Below are positions 43,160-59,603 of a stretch of 64,000 nucleotides of DNA, piece by piece; within the stretch, counting starts at the first letter, position 1; each line of letters begins with the position of its first letter. The notes beneath the pieces were generated by a model. The model was given only the letters and a program-made list of their open reading frames with translations. It made no database searches and had not been told where the DNA came from. The position numbers were made by a program, and so were the translations under genes. Source of the DNA: Chrysomallon squamiferum (Eukaryota; Animalia; Mollusca); assembly GCA_012295275.1 (NCBI GenBank), contig CM022673.1, positions 26,846,001-26,910,000 of the forward strand. The letters are read 5' to 3'.

Positions 43160-43565
43160 GAAAGTAGCTTTATCAATGACCACACAAAGATTGCTACTAT
43201 AAATTGTACAGTCTGAAATTAGCTTTATCCAGTGACCACTCAGAGATTGCTATTATAAATTGTACAGTCTGAAATTAGCTTTATCCAGTGACCACTCAGA
43301 GATTGCTATTATAAATTGTACAGTCTGAAATTAGCTTTATCCAGTGACCACTCAGAGATTGCTATTATAAATTGTACAGTCTGAAATTAGCTTTATCCAG
43401 TGACCACTCAGAGATTGCTATTATAAATTGTACAGTCTGAAATTAGCTTTATCCAGTGACCACTCAGAGATTGCTATTATAAATTGTACAGTCTGAAATT
43501 AGCTTTATCCAGTGACCACTCAGAGATTGCTATTATAAATTATGGAATCTAAAAATAGCTTTAAC
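43160..43565. repeat. 56-bp minisatellite, about 7 copies
   Basis: aaattagctttatccagtgaccactcagagattgctattataaattgtacagtctg starts at 43216, 43272, 43328, 43384, 43440, 43496; about 2-3 copies in units 1 and 2 (6125, 18272) and about 4-5 in unit 3 (29390). Confidence 0.9.
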
Positions 43566-43923
43566 TCCTAACCAGCATTGCTGTCAAACAGATTGTTATT
43601 ATAAATTATACAGTGGAGAAAAAAAAAAAAACGAAAAACGAAAAAAACCCCAGCCATGGTTGAGGAAGAGCAATTTGAAATACAACATAAGTGTGCTATG
43701 GTTCAGTAACTTTCTTTTTTTGACTGATAAACTCAATTGCAGGAACATTTGCTGAATGTCACGCTGTCCACGTAGAACTCGTTTCAAGTTCATGAAAAGA
43801 ATAATAAAAACAATTATTTATGACTAATAATCTTGTTTACTCAGAAGTAATCGCCTCTCCCTCACACCAGCTTAGCTCGTAATCGTTCTGTTGGAACACA
43901 CACACACAAATAATAACAAATAT

Positions 43924-43958
<35 letters not shown>

Positions 43959-44230
43959 TTGTTGTTTTGTTGGTTGGTTTTGCGTATGTGACTGTACGGT
44001 CCCTCTCTCAAAATGAAATATTTAAAGAGGCAATACATTTTTTATTTCTTTATTTAAAATCAGTAAATATCAGTGTAATTTCTTTTTATAATCCATACTT
44101 CTTTTTATATTGTTTACAGTAAAAAATAAATTATATATATAAGTGTCATTTAGTTCATTACAACATTTGATAGTGGAAAACCATCACGGTAAGTCATATA
44201 CATATACACATACATACATACATACATACA

Positions 44231-44266
<36 letters not shown>

Positions 44267-44417
44267 TATATGATTATATATTTCGTTTTTTTTCTTTCTG
44301 TTTTACATACATTTACGCACGCACGCACGCACATGCACACACATACATAGTCACAGAGTGATGGGATTTAAATAATGTAGATTTTAACTGAATCTAAATT
44401 ACTACCTTTAAAAGAGA

Positions 44418-44460
<43 letters not shown>

Positions 44461-44648
44461 AACTGACTTACTAATTCTTTTTTTTTTTTTTTTTTTTATT
44501 TGTTCTTACAAACTACATAATATATATATATACATATTTTAAGACGCTTATACTTGTTTTACTTCATACTTTATTTCAACAAAACTATTAATTTACCAGT
44601 TTATAAAAAGTCTTTACTTGCTCTTAAACATTATTTTCAAAATGTACA

Positions 44649-44708
<60 letters not shown>

Positions 44709-44714
44709 TGTGTA

Positions 44715-45194
44715 CAGTGGTACCTCAGTTTGCCCGTAACTCAGTTTGCTCGTATCTCAAATCAGTTTTTCCAACTGAAATTAATTGAAATACCATTAAT
44801 CGTTTTTAGATAAGAAAAATGTATGTATAAATGACAAACTTTGGATAAAAACAAAATAAAAGAGAATGTAAAGAAATAAATTGGTTTTGTAAAGTGTATT
44901 TATCTTGGAGATCAGACAACTTGGGCTAATTGAAAATGCTTACGTTCCATGGACTGAAAATAAAAAAGGAGGAAAAAAGAAAAAAAACGCGAGCACAACA
45001 CAACAAAGACGCTTCCACGGCGAGGTAACCGTGTGACGTAAACGAGTCAGACCTAGGATGCTGTGTTCTTCGTTGCGCCAACTGGCGGAGGCATAGCTGA
45101 AGCTCGCTCGTAACTCAGATTTTAGCTCGCGATTCAAAGAAGAAACTCGCCCGGACGACTGCACGTAACTCGGAAAGCTCGTAAGTTAAAGTAC

Positions 45195-45199
<5 letters not shown>
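44715..45199. mobile_element. Tigger/pogo-type MITE, unit 4
   Basis: ta-cagtggtacct ... gtaagttaaagtacctctg; internal sequence matches unit 3. Confidence 0.72.
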
Positions 45200-45245
<46 letters not shown>

Positions 45246-45381
45246 TATGGATTTATGTATATATATGTATATATACGACTGTGTATATGTGTAACTATAT
45301 ATATATATATATATACAGACGCACACACACACACGCATACACAAACACTCACTTATTCCTGTTTGTTCATAGCACAGAATC

Positions 45382-47444
<2,063 letters not shown>

Positions 47445-47701
47445 ACAAAAGACAAACACGTTAAACACATTTCACAAAATGTTAAGTGTCATACTTAATA
47501 AATAAATAAATAAAAAATCTGTTGTAAAGAAAAAGCTTGTAAGTGTTTTGTGATGATATAGAGAAATAAACGGTTAACGATACTTCGACCCTTTGACATA
47601 CATTATTTGATAATATACATGCTTACATGCTTACATATTATACATGCATACATAACTAGACGCATGCACACATACATACATACATGAACAGATATTAACA
47701 T

Positions 47702-48525
47702 ACCACCAGGTCGACCAATTATCTCAGACTGTGGGTCGGAATCTTGTAACATTTCCTAATGCAGTGACTCTGAGACAAGCTAGTTTTTGTTAAAAATACA
47801 GATGATAGTTTATCTAAAATATCTAAAACCGGATCGTCAGCGATCTTCAAAAAGACCAGAAGCAGGCTTCACGACGTAACAAAAATCTCAGTCTACGTTC
47901 AGTAACGAACAAACAGAAAGTGAATATCAAATCCGAACTAACCTAGACTGCAATTCCAAAAAATCTTGTGTATTAAATAATATATACATCTTATGTAATA
48001 AACAGTATGTCGGCCAAACACAAAATATGTTACGAGTTAGAACTGCTTGTGACAAATACGATATTAGGCTTGAAGTTGACATTCCTGTCGCCAGACACTT
48101 TAAGCTACCTGGTCATATATTGGAGGATCATTTTGAAATAATCGCAATAGAACAAACGCCCATTCTCGACTCCAAAATTGAAACCGACCTTTTTAGACTT
48201 CAACGAAAAGGTTTGGATTCGCACGTTACAAACCCTAAAACCATTTGCAATAAATGATGAATCGGGCAAATGTAAAGAGAGAGATAAAATAATTTTCCCA
48301 ATAATTTACAATCGCCGCAGTGTTGACGTTGGTACAATTATGAAGGAGCAATATTTTAACTTACAGACTACTATGAAAAATCCACAAACAGCACGTCCCG
48401 TCATAGTTTTCAGAAAAGAAAAAAACAAGTCTAAAAGACATTTTAATCTTTACGAGATTTTCGGAATAATACGCCTATCAAAGGATTGTCGAATTAATTC
48501 AATAAAAGATACGGAAATATTTTAA
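47702..48525 (+). mobile_element. Decayed Penelope-like element, unit 4 (RT part deleted, GIY-YIG and C-terminus retained)
   Basis: QYVGQTQNMLRVR..PVARHF..WIRTLQTLKPF. Confidence 0.72.
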
Positions 48526-49172
48526 GATGTTTTCAAAGGATATGTCAAGCGTTAGGAATGTTTTGGAATTTTTTTTTTTTTTGTTGGAAATGTTATGTTT
48601 TTTACACATTTTGAGAAAGGATATCTGCTGAATAGTGTTTTAAATAGTTTTAAATAGATTTTTGAAATGTATTGGTTTCTAGAAGGGTATTGGTATTAAA
48701 TGTCAGAATATTTTATAGATTTTTTTAGAAAGGAGACTTTCTAAATAGTTTTTGAAATAATTTTAAATAGATTTAGAGATGTAATGTCTAGATCAATAAA
48801 ATGTATTGTTAAACATGTTTAAACGCTTCTGCATATAGTTTTAAAAGGTTTGATGCATGTAAATAAATGTTTGTTTTTTAAAAATGATAACAAAATAAGA
48901 AATATATTGACAAAGAAGCAAAGCAAAGATGTAATAAACATCATAATGGTCAATTTTAAGTTAAATCGAATCCCTAGAGATAAAATTAGAAAATGATTAA
49001 TTGTTTTAAGTAATAAAAGAACTGCCTGTGCCATTGCGTTCTTTAATTCATAAATTCATAAATACATACATACATACATGCATACATACATACATACTTA
49101 CATACATACATCATACATACATACTTACACACCTACATACATACATACATACATACATAAAAAATATATATA

Positions 49173-49247
49173 CAGTGGTACCTTGACTTACGAGTAACCA
49201 ACTTACGAGCTTTCCGATTTACGAGCAGTCGTCCGGGAGTGTTTTGC
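49173..49247 (-). mobile_element. Single-end fragment of the Tigger-type MITE in inverted orientation
   Basis: ta-cagtggtaccttgacttacgagtaaccaacttacgagctttccg is the reverse complement of the MITE right end. Confidence 0.7.
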
Positions 49248-49941
49248 AGATAAAGAAATACGAACACACACACACACACACACACACATACACACGTACG
49301 TACCTACCTATCTACATACACAGTTTTAGATATCTAAAAAAATATATGCACAAAGTCTGTAAATACATTTTATTTTTATTTATTTATTTATACTGATAAC
49401 ACGATTATTGCATTTAGATTATTAACAATTTTAAATACTAGTAATTCAAATTATTTGTATTTCTTCAATATACTCTACAAGCTTTACTTTGCAATAGTTA
49501 CGACCAACTAATCTAAAATAACTTTAAATTTTTATTAAACTAACAAACATCAAACACTAAAAATGTACATAAAATACTTCAAACACCATTGTAATATAAA
49601 ATATTAATATAAAATAAATCAGTTTTAATAAAACGTTTATCTAATGCTAGTTCTGAAACTTCCAAAAAATGAAATTTTTACTACCGTTAATGTGCATGTG
49701 AATTTCAGGATTCTGAAGGATATGCTCCAAAACAGACATTTAAAAATAAACATACAAATTTCACTTATTGTTCTGTTGTTGTTATTATTATTAGCTTGTT
49801 GAAACATATGAATAAAATTTCACTTTTAACTGAATAAATATGAAAATAAATATTCTTTTACTTTTTTGGCTTGTCCTCATTTCTTATCTTTAATTAAAAA
49901 TAAAAAGAAAGAAACAAACAAACAAACAAAGAAAAAAGATG

Positions 49942-49992
<51 letters not shown>

Positions 49993-50254
49993 GTAATAAC
50001 AATAATAATAAGTAAATAAATAAAAATAAACTGAGGTAGAGAAAAGAAGAAAAATTAACGAAGTAAAAAAAAACAATAATAATAATTACAAAGCAAAACA
50101 CATTTTCGGCAGATCTTTAAAACCAGAAAAACGAGTAGACAACATTTAACATTCAGAACGTGATATTTAATTTTACTTTTGAAACCAATATTTCATTTCT
50201 GTTTTCGAAAGCTGTAATTTTAGTTGGTAATTTCTTTAACAAAATTGTTATTAT

Positions 50255-50412
50255 TCACTGCTCGGCGCTTCGGACTTCAGTTTTGACAGAGTTATCTTGC
50301 TCTTCCCGTCTGTTACTGTTTGCAGTTTGTGTAGGTGGCGCCACTGTTTGCACTCTGTCCGTCGTTGTTTCTGTTACTCCTTTGTCTCTAGCTTCCTGAA
50401 ATTGATAAATTA

Positions 50413-50458
<46 letters not shown>

Positions 50459-51558
50459 TTAAATTTGAGATTAACATTCACCAGAATAACCGAGCTACCA
50501 GAAATTCAGATATGTAGAAATCAAGCGTTACATATAATAGTATATTTTGAACAAAAAATAATTATGATGATTTATCTTGGAAGAATCCAACTGAAGAAGA
50601 AAACAGTGGTTGTCTAATCCTTGTTGTTGCTTGCCAAGGGCCCCAAAAATGTACGACTGCAACTGATTATATCTACATGGTTTCGATATTCAGCATCTAT
50701 ATCTTATATAACTAATTTATATGAACTTCTTTCTCAAGCTAGATAAGTACCTGACATTAACGTATACACATACACACATCCATATACACACTATCACAGA
50801 CGTAGACACACACACACAAACACACACACACACACACACACGAATGCAAGAACTTACAGAAGCTATTTTGCTTCTGTCTAGCAACGACGCCAAAGTTGGT
50901 GTGATTTCACGTTGTTGTTCGTCATGAAGATGATGTTGACGCAGATGATGGCTAAGATACTGTCCGTGTCGATAACAGCCACAACATGGACAGCAACAAG
51001 GACAACATCCTTGAGCTGACATAAACATAGAAGCTGCAACTAAAAAAAAAAAAAAAAAATTTAATGTGTGAAACAGCTGACTTTCGACAAATATATAATA
51101 ATTATATATAACAGAAATACATATACATTTTTTAAATGATAAAAAAAAACAGAGAAGAAAACGAAATTATGAAAATGTCAGTGAAAATACAGTTTACCAG
51201 TAGTTAATATATATATATATTCAGTGAGTCACGTCAACCTGAGAAACGCTTTAACATAATCAAAGTTGGAACATCGGAGACTGGTGGATTTGACTGTTCA
51301 GCTACGTATTATCGTGTTAGTAAGTTATCGGGTTAATCAAAAGAAAATTCAGAGAAAGTATAATAGTAGTCCAGGACAAGATCCTGTAGCGAGATGCATC
51401 AGAGAACTTTCAGTGTTAAGGGGAATAACTTAACCATTGCCTCTAATATCTACGATTTTAGTACCTGTTGTATTATAAAACAGGAAAAAAAAAAATCAGC
51501 ACTGAATTATGGCGTTCAACTTACAGACAACAGAAATCAGTATTATTCCAGTCTTCAT
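50255..51558 (-). CDS. Secreted Cys-cluster, His-rich protein (118-aa precursor), CC-peptide family
   Basis: Exons 51558-51525 (34 nt), 51039-50858, 50395-50255; both donors GTAAGT. MKTGIILISVVFAASMFMSAQG-CCPCCCPCCGCYRHGQYLSHHLRQHHLHDEQQREITPTLASLLDRSKIAS/EARDKGVTETTTDRVQTVAPPTQTANSNRREEQDNSVKTEVRSAEQ*. Confidence 0.87.
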
Positions 51559-51632
51559 CGTTGCAGTATCTAAATGTAATTCAGAGTAGTCTTTCTGTTT
51601 GGTGATGAAGATTAATTACGGATCTTTAGGGG

Positions 51633-51651
51633 TTTATATACCACAGGAAAC
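51633..51651 (-). promoter_or_regulatory. TATATAAA box with adjacent GTTTCCT motif
   Basis: About 80 bp upstream of the ATG at 51558. Confidence 0.65.
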
Positions 51652-51853
51652 AAAAGACTGGAGAAAACAATTTACATTATGTTTCCGCCGTCTGTATTAA
51701 AAATTAAAAATAATTTATTTTGAGACTGTTTCATTTTAAGCTTTCCTTTTTGATATCTGTGGTGATTTTTACTAAATATTTTTATTTGTGTGTTTTATTT
51801 TTGTATCATTGGTGTGTATTTTTGGCTAGCCAGATCACAGAAACGCGCTGTGA

Positions 51854-51861
51854 CACGTGAC
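51854..51861. promoter_or_regulatory. E-box CACGTGAC (USF/MiT-TFE type) near a candidate tetraspanin first exon
   Basis: Motif match only; followed by a donor-like CAG|GTAGGA at 51911/51912. Confidence 0.3.
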
Positions 51862-54800
51862 ATGCTGTGAAATGAAACATAAATTTCTCGTTTTAAATCG
51901 GTGTGGAACAGGTAGGAGGTATGCACATGCGGTGAAAAGATTATCATGTTTCTGTATATAAATTCTCACATTATCACTTTATATATGATATAAACAGTTG
52001 TTTTAGTCAGTCAAAATATTGAAAAGTTTTTTTTTTTTTTTTTTTTTTTTACTGACCAACGTAACTAATTTTATTATTTTATTTGAAACAGATTATCTTA
52101 ATTTCTTTTAAATTAATTAATTTTTGGTTTTAGTTAATTTTAGACAACGATGTATTTTCTAAACACAAATAATATTTTAAAATAATATACATTTAATACA
52201 ATTATATTTAAAATATATTTGAGAAATAATAATTTAATAATAATAAAATAGAGAAAATAATAATCTAAAATAATAAAATAATAATAAATAAAATAAATAA
52301 ATAAATAAAATAATTTTAATAATAAATAAAAAATAAATATTTTAAAAATATAAACAAAAAAATAAAATAATAATAATAATAATAATAATAATAATTAATA
52401 AATAAAATAAAAATAAAAACAAAATGCAGTATTAAAATTTTTGTAAAATGAGTTTTAAAATAATTTTAAATTGCCTTTCTGACCATTAGTTTTAAAATAA
52501 TTTTAAATTTCGTTTTAAAGAATTCACTGAAATGCTCAGTCTAGCTTATTTCTTCTCGTTAGCAGTTAGCAGGATTGGACATTTTTATTCTGATAATCAA
52601 ACATTTCCTATTCCGTCCTGGCCTTAGCGGGAATAATTTCTGAATACGCTTGGATAAATTCAATTTATGAATTTCTGTATTTTAACATTAATTATAGTAA
52701 GCATCAGTTTCTTGGCATATGCCGTAGTTTGAAAGTGATCAGTCCGACGAGACGGTGCGGTGCACATAATGGAGGAAACACAAAACAAGCAGAAACAAAA
52801 ACAAATGGAGAAGACGAAGTTTTGAGTAGGAGATGTAGCAATCAATGGAATATTATTTGGTTTGTTTTACTTTATTATTCCTCCGTTGTAGAATAAATAG
52901 ACTGTCTTAACGTTTATTCTTTCGCCATTCTTCTATTCTGTATATACCAGAAGTGTTTAGACTAAACTTCAAAATGCGAATCGACTCAGTCTTGTTTTGT
53001 TACGTAATTTGTTATTCATAATATTTACAATCGTAACACGATGCGTCATAATTCGACTTATTCTTTTTAATAAAACTTAAACATTATTTATATATACAAT
53101 GCAAGCTTTAATTTTGTTTAGAATCAAACAAAGTAAAAGGAGGACTGTCATTTCATTTGACAGCGAATGAGTGACAGCCTCGATTTATCGGTCTGACTGT
53201 ATTAATGTCGGATTATGTTAACAATAGCAGGCAATGAGGTCAGGCCAAAAAAAAAAAAAATTAAAATTAAAGCTTTGAATTCAAAATAATTTTCAGTGTA
53301 CGTAGCTTTTTAGTAACTATTTTATTCTCCCCATATTATAATACTTAAATATTTACTCACTCACTGAACATTTATACTAAATTGGTAAACGACATACATA
53401 AATTATTAAATAACCCGTTTGAAATTTACATTATTTTAAGGACTAACATAGGCTTCTGTCAGAACGCGACAGATACCAGACATATGCATTCTTGAATTTT
53501 CTTAACATTATACAGTTGTCTAAATTTTACCTGAATTTATATTTACTTATTGTTTTTGTGGTGTGAGATGGAAGGATGGGCATAATTTAGGAATAAAGTT
53601 TTATGTTAATTCTGCATTACAGTCTGAACTAGAGACAAATATATATATATTTTTAAAGCTTATTGCACATATCCATCTTTATTTGTTGATGTAAATAAAT
53701 AAGAAATGACTGTTCAAACGAAGATAATAATAAAATGAAATTAAAAGAAAGAAAGAAGTAAAAAATAATAATAATAAATAAATAAAATAAAATGTTGTCA
53801 GACGAGTAACTTGATTTGACCTCACTGATCAGCATACTATTCAGAAAATTTCTTTTATGTAAAACTAATCTTGCTAAGCCAGTCTGAGTAAAAATAATAT
53901 CAAGTTTAGGTAGATTTACACTGATTCTGAAAAGGCTTCGGCACTTCATATCTTGGATGTGTTTTGGTTTGAAAACATATCTTCATATTTATACATAATA
54001 TACATAAAAAAATAATAAAATAATAAAATAAACAAACAAAAAATCTGTTTATGAATATCATATTTTCAAAACCTGCAGTTTATAGTTACCAATATTTACT
54101 AAAAAAATATTGCTACACACTTTTAAATGTCTTAATGTTTCACACTCGACAAACACAAACATTTAATTTGTGTCTGGCAACAAAAACGGTTTACTTGAAA
54201 TGCCTGCTAATTGCTGACTCAAACTCATTTTGTGTAAATTCGCATTTTCCGCCTCTCGTTTCAAACTGCTGTGTTAGTGCATGACATATTTAATGTGTAA
54301 AGAGGTAAATGTTTGCCTCTGCCTCACACTCTTTAAGTAGTGTAAGTTTGTACAGTTATCTTTAGACAGAAAACTGATTCAACTATTTGTTTCTGATTGC
54401 TTTGCTCAAACTCATGAATTCATAGCCGAGGGAAAAGAATTTAATGACCCTTTGGAGTGTCCACACATTAAAACAAATGTCCACACAGTAGGATGTTTTG
54501 TTTTGCTTGCAGTACACTTGCATCTATGTAATGCTCCATGGTTGGTTTGTGAAATAGTTTGTGAACCTGTTTTGAAATATACTTCATTTTATTCATTCAT
54601 AGATTTGTGAAAAATTTATTTGTTCATTCATTTTGAGGAAATTTATCTTCATCACTCTTTATCTGGTTTTTGTTTGTTTTATTGGGATCCACTTTTTATT
54701 TTGCTATGATGCGACTATCACAGAGGTAAGAAAATAATAAAATAAACTTGTTCATTATGTTTAGAAGTCATAAGTACTTAGCAAACAATTGTGATTTCTG

Positions 54801-55861
54801 AAATATATCTTTAGTTGTTCTTATTGTAACCTAAATGAATTTTGTTTGCTTCAAAATTATATTTTTATTTTGTTACTAACTGTATACCTTTGCTGACAGT
54901 AAAGTTCAACAATAAATTAACTTTTATGTTTGGAAGTGAAATTTTTTATTTTTTTATTGTGATACTGTTTTGAATATAGAAATGTAAGTTAAAACTGATT
55001 GACTAAAAGTTTTGATAACCTGATCTAACATTTGTGATTATTAAGAATGTTTGTTAATACATCAAAGAGCAAGTCATATGTAGCATTATAATGTTATAAT
55101 GGTTAAAAAATAGTTTTATAATTCTTTTATAATTACAAGTACCTGTGCCATTGTGTCATAATTATTTTATATCAAAATTAGTATTCATTTGAAACCTACC
55201 ATTTTTGTTATATATGTTGAACTGTTTCGCTGCAGACATCAAATGATCACTAACAAGCAGATTTCAAACCCAAATACTGTACAGTTATGATTCCTTTTTT
55301 TCCTATTTAAACAACAACAAAAACCCAACAAAAACAACAAACAAACAAAACAGTAACAACAAAAAACAAAAACAACAAACAAACAAAACAATAACAACAA
55401 AAAACATGAAGACAATAGTAATAGAGTAAAAGTGATAAATCATTAACTGTTATGAAGCCGGTAATTCATTTTATGACATTTCTGTTTGATGTTTTCTCAT
55501 TTGCTTATATAATTTTAATAATATATTAATTTTACTATAGATAAATGTAAGATTTATGTGAGGGTTTTTTTTCACACCTGGAATACTAACAGTATACTTT
55601 TGCTAATATAATTTTTATAATAATAATAAAAAAAAATTACTGCAGATAAATGTAAGATTTTTAAATGAATTTCTGTTTTTTTTTTTTTTTAACACCTGGA
55701 ATACTAACACTATACCTCTACTATTATAATTTTAATTATACTGTAGATAAATATAAGATTTATATGTTGTTATTTGTTTTTTTCTACACCTCATTCTACT
55801 TCGTAGTGAACATTTTGATTTTATTTTCAGGTTGACAAGTCAGAAACTGCGACAGGCCAGC

Positions 55862-58800
55862 ATGGCAAGTGAGAAGACCAGTTTCAGTGTTGTGAAATAT
55901 GTCTTCTTTGCTTTTAATGTCTTCATCTGGGTGAGGAAATACTTACTAAACTATTGTATTAAATTTGTTAATCAATCTGGTACATTAAACATTTATTTCA
56001 CTGTTACAAATTACGTTTTTTAATAAATCTGGTACATTTAATTAAGTATTACACATTATGATTATTAATGATACATTACATATTTATTTTAATGTTATAA
56101 ATTATGTGTTTTTTTTTTAAATTAATATGGTACAGTAAATATAAAATTTAGTGTTTTAAATTATGGTTTTTTAATGAATGAATGTGACATATTAAACATT
56201 TATTTAACTGTTTATAAATAAAGTCTTTGAATTAATTTGGAACATTACAGTATGTTTTGATTTTTAGTGTTATATTTCTATGATTTTTATTTATTTTTTT
56301 TTTTTTTCAGCTGCTAGGATGTGGGGTCCTTGCTTTAGGAATCTGGCTGCAGGTGAACAGGAGTCAGTTCATCACTCTGTTGCCAACATACAGCTTCCTC
56401 AGTGCTTCTGCACTGTGCATCTCTGCTGGTGCTATAATTCTCATTGTTGGTTTTCTAGGATGCTGTGGAGCATTCCTTGAAAACCAGTGTATGCTCATTG
56501 GGGTGAGTAGCAGTATTCTGGAGTTTGAGTTTTACTCAAGAAAATTACGTAATTTTGTTTTATGTAATGACAATAGAAAGTGTGCCAGTGTATTGTTGTT
56601 GTTTTTTTCAGTGTAGAAAAGTTTGAAATGTTAAGAAAATAATATTACCTTTTCTTTAACAAAGATAACAATCAGAGTGAAATATTTAAATTATGGCAGA
56701 AGTAGATAATGTCAATGAATTAACTGATCAAAATGAGATATGATTACACTGAAGTTTCTTCTATAACTTAATCCGTTATGTCCACCTAGATGTTCATTAC
56801 AGGTGCAGGTTAAGTCAAAACTGTAATTGTTCTAGTTGTTAAAGTTACTTAATACATTAATTCTGTATACAGATGTGTTATTTTTACTTTCCTTCTTTCT
56901 TCAGAGACTGTTAGACACTCACAGAATGACTGCAGTGGGCTTCACATTGTTACAACATAAATTAAAAATGTATTCATTCATGTTCAAATGCTGATCTGTG
57001 CAGTGCCTTCATGTAACTGATGTATTTGAATTATTTCAGTATTTTGTGATGGTTCTGCTTATCTTTGCACTGGAAATTACAGCAGGGACTCTGGGCTTTG
57101 TGAAGAAGGATGAGGTAAGAAAATAAGTTGCGTACATTCTAAATAAAAACAGATCTGTAGCAAAAAAATAAAAGCTTTCAGCCAGGAGAAATCCAGTGAA
57201 AACTGATACTAGCTATGGACCAAGTTTAAGACCAGAACTGATTTATATTTCTGGACCAGTTTTAATATACATATGTACATTTTTTGTTAATTAATTTTCA
57301 TTGTTTATTTAATATTTTAAATTATGTATAGATTTCTTTAGTGGCTGTCTTTAAAATAAAAATGTTTTAATGGAAAGGAATATTATTTGAATAATCTGCT
57401 CATTTCTCAAAATGTGTTTTGAAAAAATCAGGCAAACGAAATACTTCGAAAAAATCTTCATTTTTAAAAAAAAAAAAATTAATTTTAGACACACACGACT
57501 GCAGATTGTGAAATTATATGACAGATGATGAAAATTAACAATTGTTTTCAGGTTGAAAAGCTCATTAAAAAGGAACTGCTGTCTAGCATGAAGACAGAAT
57601 ATGCTCCTGTGGTACACAATCCAAACATTGAAGGATGGCGCGAGATATTCGACTCCCTGCAGACAGAGGTTTGAGAAATACTCACTTCGTACATCAGCTC
57701 TGTCATTTACATTTTAGTCATTTATATTTTATTCAGCTGCATTTTTCAGTTAAAATTCTCAGTTATCACTTATTTTGTTAATATTATTCACGTTTTAGGA
57801 AAATGTATTTTTTATTTAATTGTTTGCGACTGTGAGTTATTTTGGGGGTTTTTTATTCATAGTTTAATAATTGCAGTTTTCTCTTGACTTTATTTTATTT
57901 TGTTAAAATTTAATAGAATTTTGTTTAATTGTTTTGCACTTTGCTGATAATTCCAGTGAATATTTTATCTTGTTTATTAACAACAGTATAATTTACAAAG
58001 TAATAATAAGTAGTTTTTAAAAATTGAATAAAACAGTTTTAGTGTTAATTTAAATTTTTTGAATTATTATATCAAAGGGAGACAATCATGGAATTAGATT
58101 TCTAAGACTATTGTATATATTAACAATCAATTCATATTTTCTTGTTCATGCAAAAATCAGAATTTAAGAGAAATATGTTGTGCTGTTTAAACATAAGAAG
58201 AAAAAAACTTTAAATAATTATCAAAATGGCACAACAAATTAATTATAACGTTATACGTGCAGAAAGATATTTTGAAAATATTTTCGTGACATTTTTGTCT
58301 TTTTTTTAAATTGTTTTTCCTACATTTCATGTTACTTGTTTGTTAAGTTGAGGTGCTGTGGAGTAAACAACTACACTGACTGGTACAACATCAAAGCCTG
58401 GCCAGATGAAAGCAGAGTTCCAGACTCATGTTGTGTCGTTCCAACTGACAACTGTGGTCTCCTCGACAAATCATTTTGGTTTGATAGGGTCTGTTTTAGT
58501 TTTTAATCTTTAAAATTTAAAATAAATCAGATTTAAAAAAAAACTATTAAAAAAATAGAAATAAACCAAAAAAAAAAAAAAACCCAATAACAATATTAAA
58601 ATTAAATTAAATTAAATTAAAAATAAAATTTAATTAAAAAACAAAAAAAAAAAATAAAAAAAATATTTATCTAATTAAAATTACAATTAAATTTTAAATT
58701 AAATTAAAATTAAACATACATAAAAGTGTTTAAAAAAATTAAAAAATTTAAAAATATTTATCCAATTAAAAAATGGATTAATCAAAATAAATTTCAAAAA

Positions 58801-59247
58801 TGGAAATCGAAAATAAATTTACAAAATGTTTACAAAATATTTTTATTGACATTTTACAGAAATACTTCATTTTAACTCGTCCTTTGTTAAATGAGATAAT
58901 TTTGCATTGCAGGGCTGCCTAGGAGAAATTGAGTACTGGTTTGTTAGAAATATGTATGTGCTGGGAGTTGTTGGCATCACTGTTGGTGTTATACAGGTAA
59001 TTCAGATACCTTCTTCACATTATTTACATTGTTCTTTTTCACATTAAATTTTTTAAATATGTCAAAGAAAGAGCTGGTTCATTGTCACGATATTAAAAAA
59101 ATGTTTATAATATAATAATATTTTATAATAGTTAATGAAACTCGATATCGAACAGTGAATTATTAAAAAAATATATATAACTTTCTATGATTTTTAAATT
59201 GTTTGTTAAATATGTTAATAAAAAAGGAGGTTCGGAATCAATATAAT

Positions 59248-59287
<40 letters not shown>

Positions 59288-59603
59288 TATTTAATATAAC
59301 TATGATTTTACACTGTTAATTAAGATCATATTGATTTTTGAATAATTAAAATATTCAGTGAAAGAAATTTCGATTTAACAGTCAAATAACTATTAATGAT
59401 ATATTATTCTGAATATTAAGTTATCTCAAAACTTGTTGAATGGCTTCAAGAAGTTCTCAGTTATAAAAATTTGTCTATTAATGTATAATTTATTTTTTAT
59501 TTTTTTAAACTTTTTTTTGTTTTGTTTTTTGATATAGATTCTTGGCATGGTGGCTGCCATAATACTTTTCTGCTACTTGAGAAATAGGAAATTTCTACTT
59601 TAA
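55862..59603 (+). CDS. Tetraspanin, TSPAN9/TSPAN4-like, 247 aa
   Basis: Exons 55862-55930, 56311-56502, 57040-57114, 57552-57668, 58348-58488, 58913-58996, 59538-59603; all phase 0, GT-AG; KYVFFAFNVFIW, GFLGCCGA, CCG, VPDSCC and GC motifs; four TM segments. Confidence 0.95.

Noticed and set aside
43160-43565. Regular repeat superficially resembling a CRISPR array
   Set aside because: No unique spacers, no cas genes, eukaryotic context; it is a minisatellite
52660-52845. GC-richer patch with a short minus-strand ORF
   Set aside because: No recognisable motif or consistent splice structure; possibly tetraspanin 5' regulatory or UTR sequence
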